Source: Felis catus
Lineage: Eukaryota
DNA: 64,000 nt
Assembly (NCBI RefSeq): GCF_018350175.1
Contig: NC_058368.1
Span: 161,946,001-162,010,000, forward strand
Direction: 5' to 3'
Positions 24,740 through 36,830 of this stretch are shown here, one piece after another. The translations under genes were made by a program, and so were the position numbers. Under the pieces are notes generated by a model. It worked only from the letters and a program-made list of their open reading frames with translations, was not told where the DNA came from and ran no database searches. Each line of letters starts with the position of its first letter. Position 1 is the stretch's first letter.

Positions 24740-26700
24740 ACATAAAACTCCATATAGAATAGATACTGATAGAAGAAAGATTAGTGAACTTTTATACATA
24801 GGAACTGAAACTATAAAATATGAATTACAGAAAAAAAAAGACTGAAAAAAATAAAGAGCATCAGTGAGCTGTGGTCAACTTCATGTACCAAATATATGTG
24901 AAATTAGGTTCTGAATAGGTTTTGAATAAATAATGGCAGGATTTTTAAAAAAATTGATAAATACTACAAGCTCACATTTCCAAGAAGCTCAAAGTACCTG
25001 AAACACAAGAAATATGAAAAAAAAACTATATCTAGGCACATCATAAATACATTTCCTAAAATGAATGATAAAAAGAATTAGCAGCTAATAACAGCAACAA
25101 CAACAAAGGTTCCTTGTCAGGAAAAATGGACTAACATCTTTAAAGTACTTAAGGAAAAAGTAGGTCAATTTGGTCATTCTATGCCCAATAAAGATACATT
25201 TTGAAATTTAAGGCAAAATTAAGACTTTCTCAGATATACAAAAGCTGAAAGAATTCATTAGCCAGATCTGTGCTACCAGAATTGTCAAAGAAAATGATCC
25301 AGACAGATTAAAATGATGCCAGATAGAATTTTGTGTCCACAGAAAAGAATAAAAAGCACCATAAATTGAAACTACATAGGTGAATATAAAGCTTTTTTTT
25401 TATATTATATAAACTCTTAAAATAATCTATTTAAAATAATATAATCATGATATATTGTGGAATTTAAGTACATGCAGCATACAAAAATCAAGTATATTTC
25501 TATATACTAGTAATGAACAACTGGAAATTGAAATTGAAAATTGGAAATTGGAAATTGAAAATACATAACTATTATTGACAATAGCAGCTATCAAAACCAA
25601 ATATATTTAGGGGTAAATCTGACAAAAGATGTGAAAGTCCTGTACACTAAAAACCACAAAACATTGCATAGAGAAATTTAAAGGAAAATAAAAAGAGACA
25701 TATATATGTATACATATATGTATAAAGATTGGAAGGCTATATATTAAAAAAAAAGAGGATAGTATTGGTGTGAAATTGAACAAATAAGTCAAAGGAGCAA
25801 AATAGAATGTCTATAAATAGACACAACAATATCAGTTGATTTTTGACTAAGTTGCAAATGCAATTTAGTGGAATAAAGATAGTTAAAAATTGTTGCCAGA
25901 CAATTGGGTATGTACCATAAAAATTAAGTAGGTTCCCCAAATTGTACCATACACAAAAATTAATTCAAAAGCATTACAGACTTAAATGCAATAACGAAAT
26001 CTCCACAACTTCTAGAATAAAATGTAGGAGAAAATTTGTGACCTTGAGCTTTGTATAGACACCTTAGACAACACATCATTAGCTCAATTCCAAATTGATT
26101 TAAATTGAATACATTTCTATAGTACAAATCCAATGAATTGAATAGAAGAAAAATTGATTCACTCGATTTCAGCAAAGTATTCTGCTTTGTCAAAGGCACT
26201 GTTGAGAAAAAAAAAAAGACAAGTGTCAAAGACTAAATGTTCACATCCCCCCAGAATTCACTTGGGGAAATCTAGACCCCAGTGTGATAGTATTGGAGGT
26301 AGAGCCCTTGGGAGGTGATGAGCTCACAAGGGAAGAACCGTCATGAATGGGACTGGTGCCTTTACAACAGACCCCAGAGAGCTTTCTTTCACCATGTGAG
26401 GACAGTGAAAAGATAGGTATCTATGAAAAAGAAAGTGAGTTCTCATTGGTCACTGAATCTGCTGGCACCTTGATCTCAGACTTTCCAGCTTTTAGAATTC
26501 TGTTGAATTCTTTTAGAATTTCTGTTGTTCATAAGCCACTCATCCTGTGGTATTTTGTTATACTATCCTGAACAGACTGAGACGACGAGTTATATACTAG
26601 AAGAAGATATTTGCAAATTACGTATATTATGAAGAACCTATATCAAAATATAAATAACCTTTCAAAGTTCTATACAAAAACAAAAAACCCAAAAACTGAT
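24740..26700 (+). mobile_element. Old L1 (L1M) ORF1 and ORF2 fragments
   Basis: AGAAGAAAGATTAGTGAACTT, CAAAAGCTGAAAGAATTCATT (ORF1); ACAAAAATCAAGTATATTTCTATATACTAG and TTTAGGGGTAAATCTGACAAAAGATGTG (ORF2). Confidence 0.75.
26224..26584 (+). mobile_element. MLT1A-like MaLR solo LTR inside the L1
   Basis: TGTCAAAGACTAAATGTT...GGCACCTTGATCTCAGACTTTCCAGC...GAACAGACTGAGAC; probable TSD ACAAG/ACGAG. Confidence 0.85.
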
Positions 26701-27064
26701 GGGCAAGTAAAAGTGGGAAATAAAGCATAAATCAGCACGCATTCCAATATTAGTAAAACTTACAACTTTAAATTACTCCTAACACAAAAATCTTCAAGAA
26801 AAAATGAAAAAGATGAAATGATTTTGTGTTTGTGTCTGTATACACACACAATATATAGAAACACTCACATAAATTGTGTCTGTAAAAGATAATGCCTCTG
26901 GTCAGAGGGAATCAGACTGTAGAAATCTCATTTCTCTACCTTCCCACATTTTTCCAATTATTATTTTTTTTCTCATAGCTCACTTTCCCCTTGGTAAAGT
27001 CAGCAAGATATTGAAAGTGATCATAAAGAATTTTACCAGAAATTTAAAGGAAAAAAAAGTTATA

Positions 27065-27270
27065 GGGGCACCTGGGTGGCTCAGCTGGTTAAGCATCAGA
27101 CTTCGACTCAGGTCATGTCTCACAGTTTGCAAGTTCGAGCCCCACATTGGGCTCTGTGCTGACAGCTCGGAGCTGGGAGTCTGCTTTGGATTCTGTGTCT
27201 CCCTCTTTCTCTGCTCTTTACGCTCTGTCTCTCTCTCAAAAATATAAAAACATTAAAAAAATTTAAAAAT
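27065..27270 (+). mobile_element. Feline Can-SINE
   Basis: GGGGCACCTGGGTGGCTCAG head and A-rich tail. Confidence 0.92.
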
Positions 27271-27618
27271 AACTAAAATCATAGGATATGTATGGAATGT
27301 ATATTCCTTTATTTAATAGAATGAGTTTAAGGGCTCCCACAGATATGGACTCTCAATTTTATTTCACTAAACTTCTTCTGAGTTATTTTATAGCATAACT
27401 ATTAGCCAGTTTTTCTAATAGGTTTTAATGAAGGCAATCTTCTCCCTCTAAATTGGTACATATTAGCATTTAGATTTCGTCTTTATAGTGACCATGAGAT
27501 TTAAAGGGGCAACCACCATTCCTAAAGATAAGTAATTAACATGAGCTCTCTCTAATACTTGAAAGGGAACATTTTTTAGAGGTTTTTTTTTCTTAATGTG
27601 TTTTCCCTCCCTTCTAAA

Positions 27619-27619
<1 letters not shown>

Positions 27620-27657
<38 letters not shown>
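27620..27657. repeat. (TTA)n microsatellite
   Basis: Directly visible. Confidence 0.95.
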
Positions 27658-28726
27658 GTTTCTTCTAGAAGGACATTTTTATTTCTGTGCTCCTTTGCAG
27701 AGCTGACCTTAACAATACAATGATGATTAGATATGCTGCTAAACCCACAAGTGCTTCAATCCCTTCTCATCTTCCTCATCTGCCTTTAGATCTCTTCCTC
27801 ATCAGTGGGGCAACACACCACCAACGTGTTGTGCAACATTCATAATTTTGGAATATCTTAGGCATACAGTGAGAATAACAGATGTTTAAAATAAGAACAC
27901 ATGAACAAGAAGACTGCACCTGTAGGATAAGTGTCCATGAGTTGTGACACATTTTTCTAGGTAGCTGGGGCAGTATAAGAGCAACGAAATCCTTGGAAGA
28001 GAAAGAACTATCAAGAGGACTCAAAAGGGAGAAGGTACAGGCTCTGAAGAAAAGCACCCCTGAACATCAAAGTTTCCATCTTCAAATCCTCCTGTTTTAT
28101 TCAAATATCAGAAGGAATTGAGCAGGGCAAGACTTGTTAGCAGAATCACAAAGAGATCAATTTAAAACCCATATTATGAGACAGTGGATTCTTTAGGCAG
28201 CGATGCAGACCCATGCATAGCATTCTAATGGAGCTTTGACAGCAGCTAATGATAATTTGGATTACAGAAAGTTTTTTTGTTAGTAAACTAATAATTTGCA
28301 GCAAATCCAGCAACAGGCTCGTGTGTACACTGGGATATAGTGTAGGACAAAGGTAGAGTTTCAAAATTGTGAATCATAAATGGGCTAGTGAACAAATGGT
28401 GTGGAGGAAAATGAATGTTTTTTTAAAAAGTTGCAAATCTTTCTTATACTGCCTTAAAAAAACATAAGGTCTTGCATTTATACAAGAAAAAACAAAAAAG
28501 TAATGTGAATATAATAAATGATATCATAAATACAAGAAAAAATGACATTTTCAAAGAATTAGAAAAATAAAGAAACAATACTTTTTATAATTTTAGGATT
28601 AAAAAAGACTTGTTAAATTAAAAAACTTGAAGCTATACTAAATGTCATCAAAAGGAGAATGGTTGAACAAAATATACATGTACTGAGAGATACAAGATAC
28701 GGTTTAATATTTAAGAAGAAAGAAGA

Positions 28727-28935
28727 GGGGTGCCTGGATGGCTCATTCGGTTAGGTGTCCAACTCTTGATTTCAGTTCAGGCCATGATCTCACAGTTTGT
28801 TAGATAGAGCCCCACATTGGGCTCTGCTCTGACAGCACAGAGCCTGCTTGGGATTCTCTCTCTCCCTCTCTCTGCCCCACATTCCCCCATCTCTCTCTCT
28901 CTCTCTCAAAATAAATAAATAAACATTTAAAAAAA
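28727..28935 (+). mobile_element. Can-SINE
   Basis: GGGGTGCCTGGATGGCTCA head, CT body and A tail. Confidence 0.92.
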
Positions 28936-31829
28936 GGAGAGAAGAAAAAGGGAATTTACTGACACGAAAAGATTTCCAAATTATATTGTCATCGATGGCG
29001 ATTCACAAAAAAGTACATATGATCTAACTCTATTAAAATAAAAAATAAAAAACTCTATTAAACACAAAACTACAAAAACTGTTTATGTGGTGTGTGTGTT
29101 TGTAAATGAACAGACTAAGGTTGGTACATGGATAAAGCGTGCTCTATCAGTGATTATTTCTGAGAAGGAGAAATGATTGTATGAGGGTTCATGGGGCTTT
29201 CAGTTTATCAAAAGGCTTATTGGTTTTACTAGAACATTGTGTTTATATGTTATCTGAGTAATTATAAATACATTTGAAGTAAAATAAAATTTTTTTAATG
29301 TCCTTTTTTCTTATAATTGCATTTATTTAGGACTGAGGTTGTTTAGCAAAGATGGGAGGAGGTTTTGTATTCATTTGACAGTTGAAGGAAAAATACTAAT
29401 GCCCAAGAACTTGAGTACATTACTGGAGATATTTAACATGTTGTGTTACTTTTCTTTTATTCTATAAGTCACTGTTACCCTGTTAATGGAGGTTTCTTGA
29501 ATAGATCTTAAAGGCATTGTACAAAATTGTGTAAGAAGATTTCAATTCTTGGTCATGTTTCATGTACATTATAACAGTTGGAATTTTTGAGACCTTCGTC
29601 AATATATTAGCAACATACTGCCAATGTACTTCATGTAAAAAGGGGATGGGAGAGTCAGGAAAGATACACTATCCTCAAATCACAAAAAATAATGTAAAGG
29701 GATGTGACTTTAACTTCCACTTTGTGCTAACGTCAGTTCTGATGAGTTTTGAGTATAGAAAGTACTTTCAACTCTGTTTGACTTTAAAGTATGACAAGTA
29801 TTTGATTTTGCTATTCATCTTGCTATATAATAACTATGCCTGAAAGCCATAAAATGCATCCTATTTTAGAGTCTGGAATATAAGTCATAAACTCAAGTTA
29901 TTAAAACTCGAAGAGATAAAGGTTTCTATATACAATATTATAATACAAAACGGAAATGATGCCATAGCCTGGTTAGAAGATAAGCCCTACATCTGGAAAT
30001 AGGCTTGGAGGGTGCTATGGCATTGATGCATTTCAACTTGCCTCCTCACACAGGAGAAAATGACATCAAAAGCCTCAGGAAAGTAAATGAGACATATGCT
30101 CCATCCATGCATTTAAGAAAATGCCTAACTTAAAGGTTTTTAAAACGTGTTCATTTTAATTAATAAAGAAGCAGAGACTGTAGATATTCTTTTTATTTTC
30201 TTCTATGATCACAGCCTGCTGTCTGTTTCCTAGGAGAAGTAAAGCTTAGTGAGATGTTATCACTTTAGGGAAAGAAATTATCATAGGTTCATAGAATATT
30301 TGCTTCAGAAGAAATCTTAAAACTTAAGTCTTCTCATCTCCACATTTTATGGACTAGAAAATTTTTAAGATCTCTTTTTTTTTTTCAAAAGGCAGTAATT
30401 CACTTTTTCCACCTAACCATTATGCAGGAAGTCTTGGCAAACTTCAAAGGATTGCATCATTTTCTCAGGGCCTTGTGCAGATGATTCACCACTCAGTCAT
30501 GAAGCACAGGCAAGCATCAGCTAGAGAATTTTAGAGGCTAATAAACACGCGGATCATAACTGACTGCACAATATGGCTTTCCTCTTTTTTCTTCTGGGAA
30601 CAGGTTACAGAGGATCCAGAAGAACAGAAACAACATCAACGAAAAAATACGCAGAGGGGAAAAAAAAAAAAAAAAAGGAAAGGAGTTCTGTTCCCACATA
30701 TAATCCTCAATAATCACTCTATTTTTCACTAAGAAAAATATGTATTACAGAGGAAGCTGATATTCTCTGTGGATTTGAATGCCATGACCATTTTTACTTT
30801 GAAATTTTTGACATAGGTTCTTCTGTGGTAATAGATATTTATGTTTCAAAAATGGCATTTGAAAAACTCAATACTATAATTAAAGATGTTCTCAGGTGAT
30901 GCTGAGAATTGTGAACTATTACACAGAGCTGTATCAAGCACTGAACCACTTTACTGATGAGCCACCTGACCAGCATCGAGATCCTTGGAAAGTCGTCTTT
31001 GTTAGGACAAAACCATGCTGTGCCAAACCTGACATGATGAAAAAGGGAAAGTGAAAGGTGCTAGGCAGGATGCCCACAACTCACTTTCTACCGACCTCCC
31101 ACACACTGTACAATCACAATCGGTGAGCTAATATTAATATAAAACAGAGACAGCCTCGCCTAAAGTGTGAAAGGAAACTCTTTTCTAAAAGAGAACATAA
31201 TGGAACTCTGCGTTGTTGTCAAGGTAGAAACCCCACGGCAGTACGAACTAGGAAAGATCTAATTAGAATGTGCAGTCTAACTTCTTACTAACTTCAGTTG
31301 CAGTTCCCAGGGAGGGGACTTAATCTCTAATTTTAGTCAAAGGGCAAATGTACAATTAAGCTAACACAAATCCCCCAGCCAATCATTTAGGAGAATTCTG
31401 TTCGTTCTGGACTCCCCAACCTGCCACAGTTTAATAAGAAGTTCCAACTGCACCAAATTGCTGTTTGTCAGGCTGAAAAGAGCACAACCCACTGCAGCTT
31501 TACAGACACTTTGGTCTGAACAGACTGTGAGTATAAAATCAAGTGCAGCACACATAGTTGTTGAAATGAAAACAAACTTTTTTCCTTCATGCATGGAGAA
31601 TATCTCATTTATTCCCAATCTAAAAATTCCTCTGGTGGCCACTGTTGGAGTGGTGACATATATTGAGACTTTGCCACCAAATAATTTGAAAATAAATAAA
31701 TATGTGAAAACACAGGCTTTACGGAAAAAGCTTCTAGGATAAGGAAATTCATAATTATGTGGATGCTTGTGCCCATGGCACCAGTGTCCTCAATTTCCTT
31801 ATATGTTAATGGACTAAGGTATTTCTAGT

Positions 31830-31963
31830 CTACAGATTGGTGATGGGCTGACCGCTGTTGGTTCTCATAGCTTGCCCCTGTGAATAAGCAGCATAATCCT
31901 TCTTGACGATGAAGCTTGTCTTTTTCACTGATGAGAGTCTGCTAGCTCCTCTTGCAAAGGGCT
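31830..31963 (-). CDS. Candidate terminal coding exon of an unidentified gene
   Basis: Acceptor ctctctcattatttctttttttcaaag|AG on the minus strand; open frame (E)PFARGASRLSSVKKTSFIVKKDYAAYSQGQAMRTNSGQPITNL*; possible AATAAA at 31613-31608; sequence is not recognisably repetitive. Confidence 0.4.
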
Positions 31964-32850
31964 CTTTGAAAAAAAGAAATAATGAGAGAGCTTTGGAAAT
32001 GAACCTGATCTAAGAAAATGGTCTGGCCTTAGCTAATAGGATGCACTGCTTTCTCTATCAATTTAAATTTCAATTCAAATATACTCACTTATGTTTATCC
32101 AACACCTTTTTACTCTTATGATATTCAAATTCGTGTCACCAAGGTTTCAGAGAATGCAGAGGAAAGTAAAATAGACTCTACACTCAAACTTGAGTATATT
32201 ATTGGAAATTAAAATTTCACAAATGAGAATATGTCAAAGAGTATAAAATGATGAAATAGTACAGAGAAAATGCTAAGAGGGATAAAATTAAAAGACACCA
32301 AACAGCCAATTATGCAGATCTGCCCCAAACAAATGGACTTGTTAGAAAAATTGGTTCTTTGCTCAAAACATGCTATTGTCATGGGCTTAAAATTTGTCAC
32401 AAAAATGTACAAATCTTCCATGACTAGAAATGGGAAAGGTGGAGTTGTACTCATATATCAAAGACATTCTACAAATCAAATTTGGCTTCCAAATTTTTTT
32501 AATTTGGGACTTTACAAGGGTATCACAATGATTAAAATTATGAATCTTCTGATATAATAATAAAATGTGTAATAATTATATCGCACACTTTATTTCTCAG
32601 AGGTTTTTACATTAATTTCTAATTTCTTATTTCTAGGCATTTAACCAGATACAGTTAAGCGTATTATCTCTCTGGTCTAGATTTCTCTTCTTGTGCCATC
32701 AGGGGTTTAGGTTCTGAGTTCTTGTTACATACAAGTCTATGCAAGAATGTTCTTTTTTGCAGGATCATTATTACTAATTAAAGCATTATTTTAAAAATCC
32801 TGTATGCATTCAGACTTCATATTCTTAGATTTTTTTTTTTTTTGCCAATT

Positions 32851-33030
32851 GTATTTTTGAGAGAGTGCGCACACGCACAAACGGGGAAGGGGAAGAGACA
32901 GAGAATAGGATCCAAAGAAGGCTTGGTGCTGGCAGCAGAGAGCCCAATGTGGGTCTTTAACTCTCAAGCCCCAAGATCATGACCTGAGCCGAAGTCAGTC
33001 GCTTAACTGACTGAGCCACCCAGGTACCCC
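32851..33030 (-). mobile_element. Can-SINE
   Basis: Ends CTGAGCCACCCAGGTACCCC; degenerate TSD TTTG(C/T)CAA(T/C)T. Confidence 0.9.
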
Positions 33031-33399
33031 TTTGTCAACTTTATTTTAAAAACGGCTTTGCTTCTCTTAATTACCTTGTCAAACACCTGCCACTTTCTTA
33101 TCTATTTTGAGAAATATTTTATTTGTTGGCCTCAATCACTGCTCAACTTGCCTTATGACAAAGATTATATACCACAGGTTTGGGTTAGAATTGCAGGTGC
33201 TTAGCTAATCTGACTGATTGGATAAATGCTAGTGTTGAGATAACTTGGTCTTATGAAGGGCATGTTCCCTTCCCTCTCTAACACTGGACCTCTATGGAAG
33301 AACTATAAGAAATTATACATGAACTAGGAATGAAACATGACATTTATGTTCAGAATTTTAGAGGCCCTGGCCTCTAAATTTACTTTCTTCAGGTATGAA

Positions 33400-34560
33400 A
33401 GACATCATACAGTCAGTATGGGGGCATAGTACAGGACTTTAGTATCGACACATTGCTAGAGTAGCCACTGTGGTGGCTGACTCAAGTGAAACCAAAAAAA
33501 TCCATCTTAAGGGAAATAGGTTGAAAAACTAGGAAAAACAAAGAGCCTTTCTGATGGTGAAAAGGGACCTATTAATGTCCATCATAAACACCTGTGGCAA
33601 GATTTAATATTATCTGGGAGCCTGAGAGAAAGTAGAAGCCAACAACCAAATTCAGTCTTGCTAAGCCTATGGAAGGTATTGCCTAAGGTACACCAGTTTA
33701 CTCCCTTGAAGGAAGGCTCAAAAAAACAAGTGCACCTCTACTAATGCAGGAAGGAACCCCTGGAGAGTAGGGGTTAAGTCAACATTACCCTCTAGTGTGT
33801 ATAATAAGGGGTAACTGGAGGCACTAAATGTTGAATTAATAATTCCTTGGTTTTTCACTAACAGACACAACTAGCTCCAACAGACATTGGAGCTGAATGC
33901 ACACACCTGTGGAAAACCTTAAAATTTGGGGGGAAGGGTAAAGGCAATTAATGGTTATGGGGGACAAATTATCATACAAAGTAGTTTCTGTCTACAGATC
34001 GGCAGACATCATCCCCATTTTCTGCTAAATTCAGGTTGCATAACTTGTGATGGTTTATCCTCCCTGTCAGAAGAAGCCAAATCATTACAGGCATTATTAA
34101 AGTCACCAAAATGGGAGGGAAAGATGGACAAGATTCAAGGCCAAATCAGTCAGTAAAATTCCAGGGTATCATCAGGTTGGTTAAGACAAAGGTAATACTG
34201 GAGATAGTCATTGATAAAATACAAGCCTTCCCAGTCCTAAAAGAGTAAAGGAATTATAGGCTTTTGCTTGTTTTTTGCATTACTAGAAACTTTTTATTCC
34301 CCATCTAGTGAAAGACATTAGGACCAATATATGCTTTGGTTAAGGGAAGCCAATGGGGTCAGAATGCTAATCAATAAGAGGCTTTATTAAAGATAGAAAT
34401 GATAGTACAGGCTCTAGAGTACAGGTATTAATGCTAGATGTGAGTTGTGAATTACATGTAAGTTGATATCCAGAAGGGTTTGACTGGGGCATGTGGCAGT
34501 GACACAATGTGAAATCAATTATAGTTATTTGCATAAATTCAATAAAAATCTGTCCTCCTT
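33400..34560 (+). mobile_element. ERVL internal remnant (gag-protease-pol), heavily deleted
   Basis: Protease-like DIGAEC at 33883-33900 (DTGA motif variant) followed by VKAINGYGGQ; pol-like KIQG..SVKFQGII..KTKVILEIVIDKIQAFP..FIPHL at about 34130-34310. Confidence 0.75.
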
Positions 34561-35281
34561 ATAACATGACACCATTGGAAACATCAGTTATATTACCCAG
34601 GCTTTGAGTGGAATATCCTATTTGAGAGAAACACGCATAGGCTCAGATGTGAATAGATATCTTTGAGCAGGCTCGGGAACCTCAAGATATTTTGAGGACT
34701 TACTTCAAGAAAAGAGGAATTAACCCAAATAGGTAGATATTCCCTGTAAGCCTGATGTCAAGTATCAGTATGTCAAGAGCTTGGCTCTCAGCCTTGAAAG
34801 ACTGTTAAAGGCCCACTATGAAATTCCTTAAGAGAAGCTCCAGCAGACAACTCTTCCAGGCTATTCCTTGGGCTGGCCTGGAATTCCTGTTTTGTGTCTG
34901 TCTGATACCCCACTATGAGAGTGCTATGGGTTACACTGGGCCTGTGTCTTTGGTTTCCTCAATATGGACAAGGCCCAGGTCATCAAAGCTGACCATTATT
35001 ACCTAGAGGATTCTGACCTGTGAGGAAGGAGCCCCAAAGAGGCTCTCATTCCAGCTGTACTCCATATTGCTTTATTGGCTTTGGAAATCAGAGACCACGT
35101 TTGGCCTCAGCTTTGTTATCAATAGAACAGGCTTATCTGATGATCTCTGGGGCATTGTTTCCACAAGTGCCTGAAAGGATGGTGATGATGAATGGTTAAT
35201 ACTCATTTTTTTGCTTTGTTTCCTTTTAAAAATAGTGTTTATTGAGGTATTATTTAGACACAGTAAAAATCCATAAATCCT

Positions 35282-35400
35282 GGGACACCTGGCTGGCTGA
35301 GTTGGTAGAGCATATGACTCTTGATCTTACAGTTGTGAGTTTAAGCCCCATGTTGGGTGTAAAGATTACTTACAAATAAAAATCTTAAAAAAAAAAAAAA
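35282..35400 (+). mobile_element. Short tRNA-derived carnivore SINE lacking the CT body
   Basis: GGGACACCTGGCTGGCTGAGTTGGTAGAGCAT...GAGTTTAAGCCCC followed by AATAAAAATCTT and a poly-A. Confidence 0.85.
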
Positions 35401-35404
35401 GAGG

Positions 35405-36830
35405 AAGAGAAACTCCAGCAAAGTAGATTTCAAAGAACCTAAATGGCCACTCACTATTCTTGCTGTACTTAGGTAAATAACCAGGCCAAGTTTGTTAAAA
35501 CTGAACTTGTTCAAATAACTTAGTCTTAATTTGTTTACCTTTGCTAGTAATGAGGATGATTTTAGGAAAAAGAAATTATGTTTCAGTAACACGCCTTTGT
35601 GGATGTTAGAGTCTAGTTCTGATTGTCCTTGAATATTTATTGTTTACCTGTAAAACTAGGCTGGATCCTGAACTTTTGTGGTTTACTTGGATATATTGTT
35701 AATTTTCTACTCAAGTGCTTATATACTATAGGCCTGTGAGAGCCCACCTGGAAGACAACCTCCTGAGACTACTGTTTAACCAAATGAATTTACCTCATTA
35801 AAAATGTAGAATAGATATCTAAGCCTATACCCAAGAGTTCTAAAATAATAGTTCCATGAAGGGTGAGGGCTCAACCTAATGCTAGGGAATATTTGCAATC
35901 AGATGCAAGGCAAGTTCATTCCCCAAATCTTGGTCTGTGTCCCTTTTCATCAGGAAGTAACTAGAGGGCTTTTTGCCCTCAAGAATAAGGAATGGTGAAA
36001 AGCCAGGGATGGTATTTTGACTCATGGGGACCAAACAGCTACTGTGTTGCTGTTAAAGTAAGATTGGCCATATGTATTGCCTGCAAAACATTAGTCTTAT
36101 CACCCCTAGCCTCCTATTGCTGATGTTCCTTGCAGTTGCATTGGGAAATGCATTGGCCTTCCTGTCATTGGCCATCACTTAAATTGAAGTTCGCAATTGC
36201 TCGACTGTTAGGGCTGAAGAAAAGACCCCTTTCCTGGGTCACTTTGGGGAATCTCATATTGATGTTTCTATTGCTGCTGTGGCATAAGGATGTAAGTCAC
36301 CTCCTAATCTCCTAATCTCTGCCTCTAGAGTCATCCCGAAAGAATGCTGTGCAAAGATTGTACAGTTCATAAAGATGTCGTGATAGGAGTGCAGAAGTGC
36401 TGAAAACACTGACTCCACCTTTGGCCCTTCCTCCATCTTGTTCTCACCTCTGGTGCATAGGTGGCACAACTTTAGATAACTGGTAGAAATGACTGGTTCA
36501 CAGAAGCCTTCACTTAACATAATTGGTGGAGATCATCTGCTGCACAGATGGCTTTATTTTAGATAACTAACCTGTGATACACCACCGGGCCTCTTACTCT
36601 ATAAAAGCTGTGGCTTGAGGTCTGGAGTGGGTGGAGTTGTTGTGTAGCGTTTTGTACTGCCTGTCCGTTTACTTGCCTCTGTCAGTAAGTTACCTTGACT
36701 AAAACTCTGTAAACCCTATGGAGTGGCTTACTTTGTGTGTGTGTGTGTGTGTGTTTGTTGTTGTTATTAAAGTATTGAAGTGCCTTCTCCGTCTGGAGGG
36801 TATATTACTGACGCTCCTCCACCCTCTACA
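35405..36830 (+). mobile_element. ERV1-class internal fragment plus 3' LTR (MER34-like)
   Basis: CAGGAAGTAACTAGAGGGC near 35950 resembles an ERV1 internal 3' end; LTR-like part has TATAAAAGCTG near 36600 and GCCTCTGTCAGTAAGTTACC, ending in CA. Confidence 0.55.

Noticed and set aside
30600..30677. Short retrocopy ending in the A17 run
   Set aside because: No TSD, poly-A signal or recognisable parent sequence
30896..31053. 52-codon open stretch after ctcag (VMLRIVNYYTELYQ...KKGK*)
   Set aside because: Weak acceptor, no recognisable homology, and a length expected by chance
35282..35360. tRNA gene
   Set aside because: A/B-box-like head followed by AATAAA and poly-A is a tRNA-derived SINE; the acceptor stem does not pair
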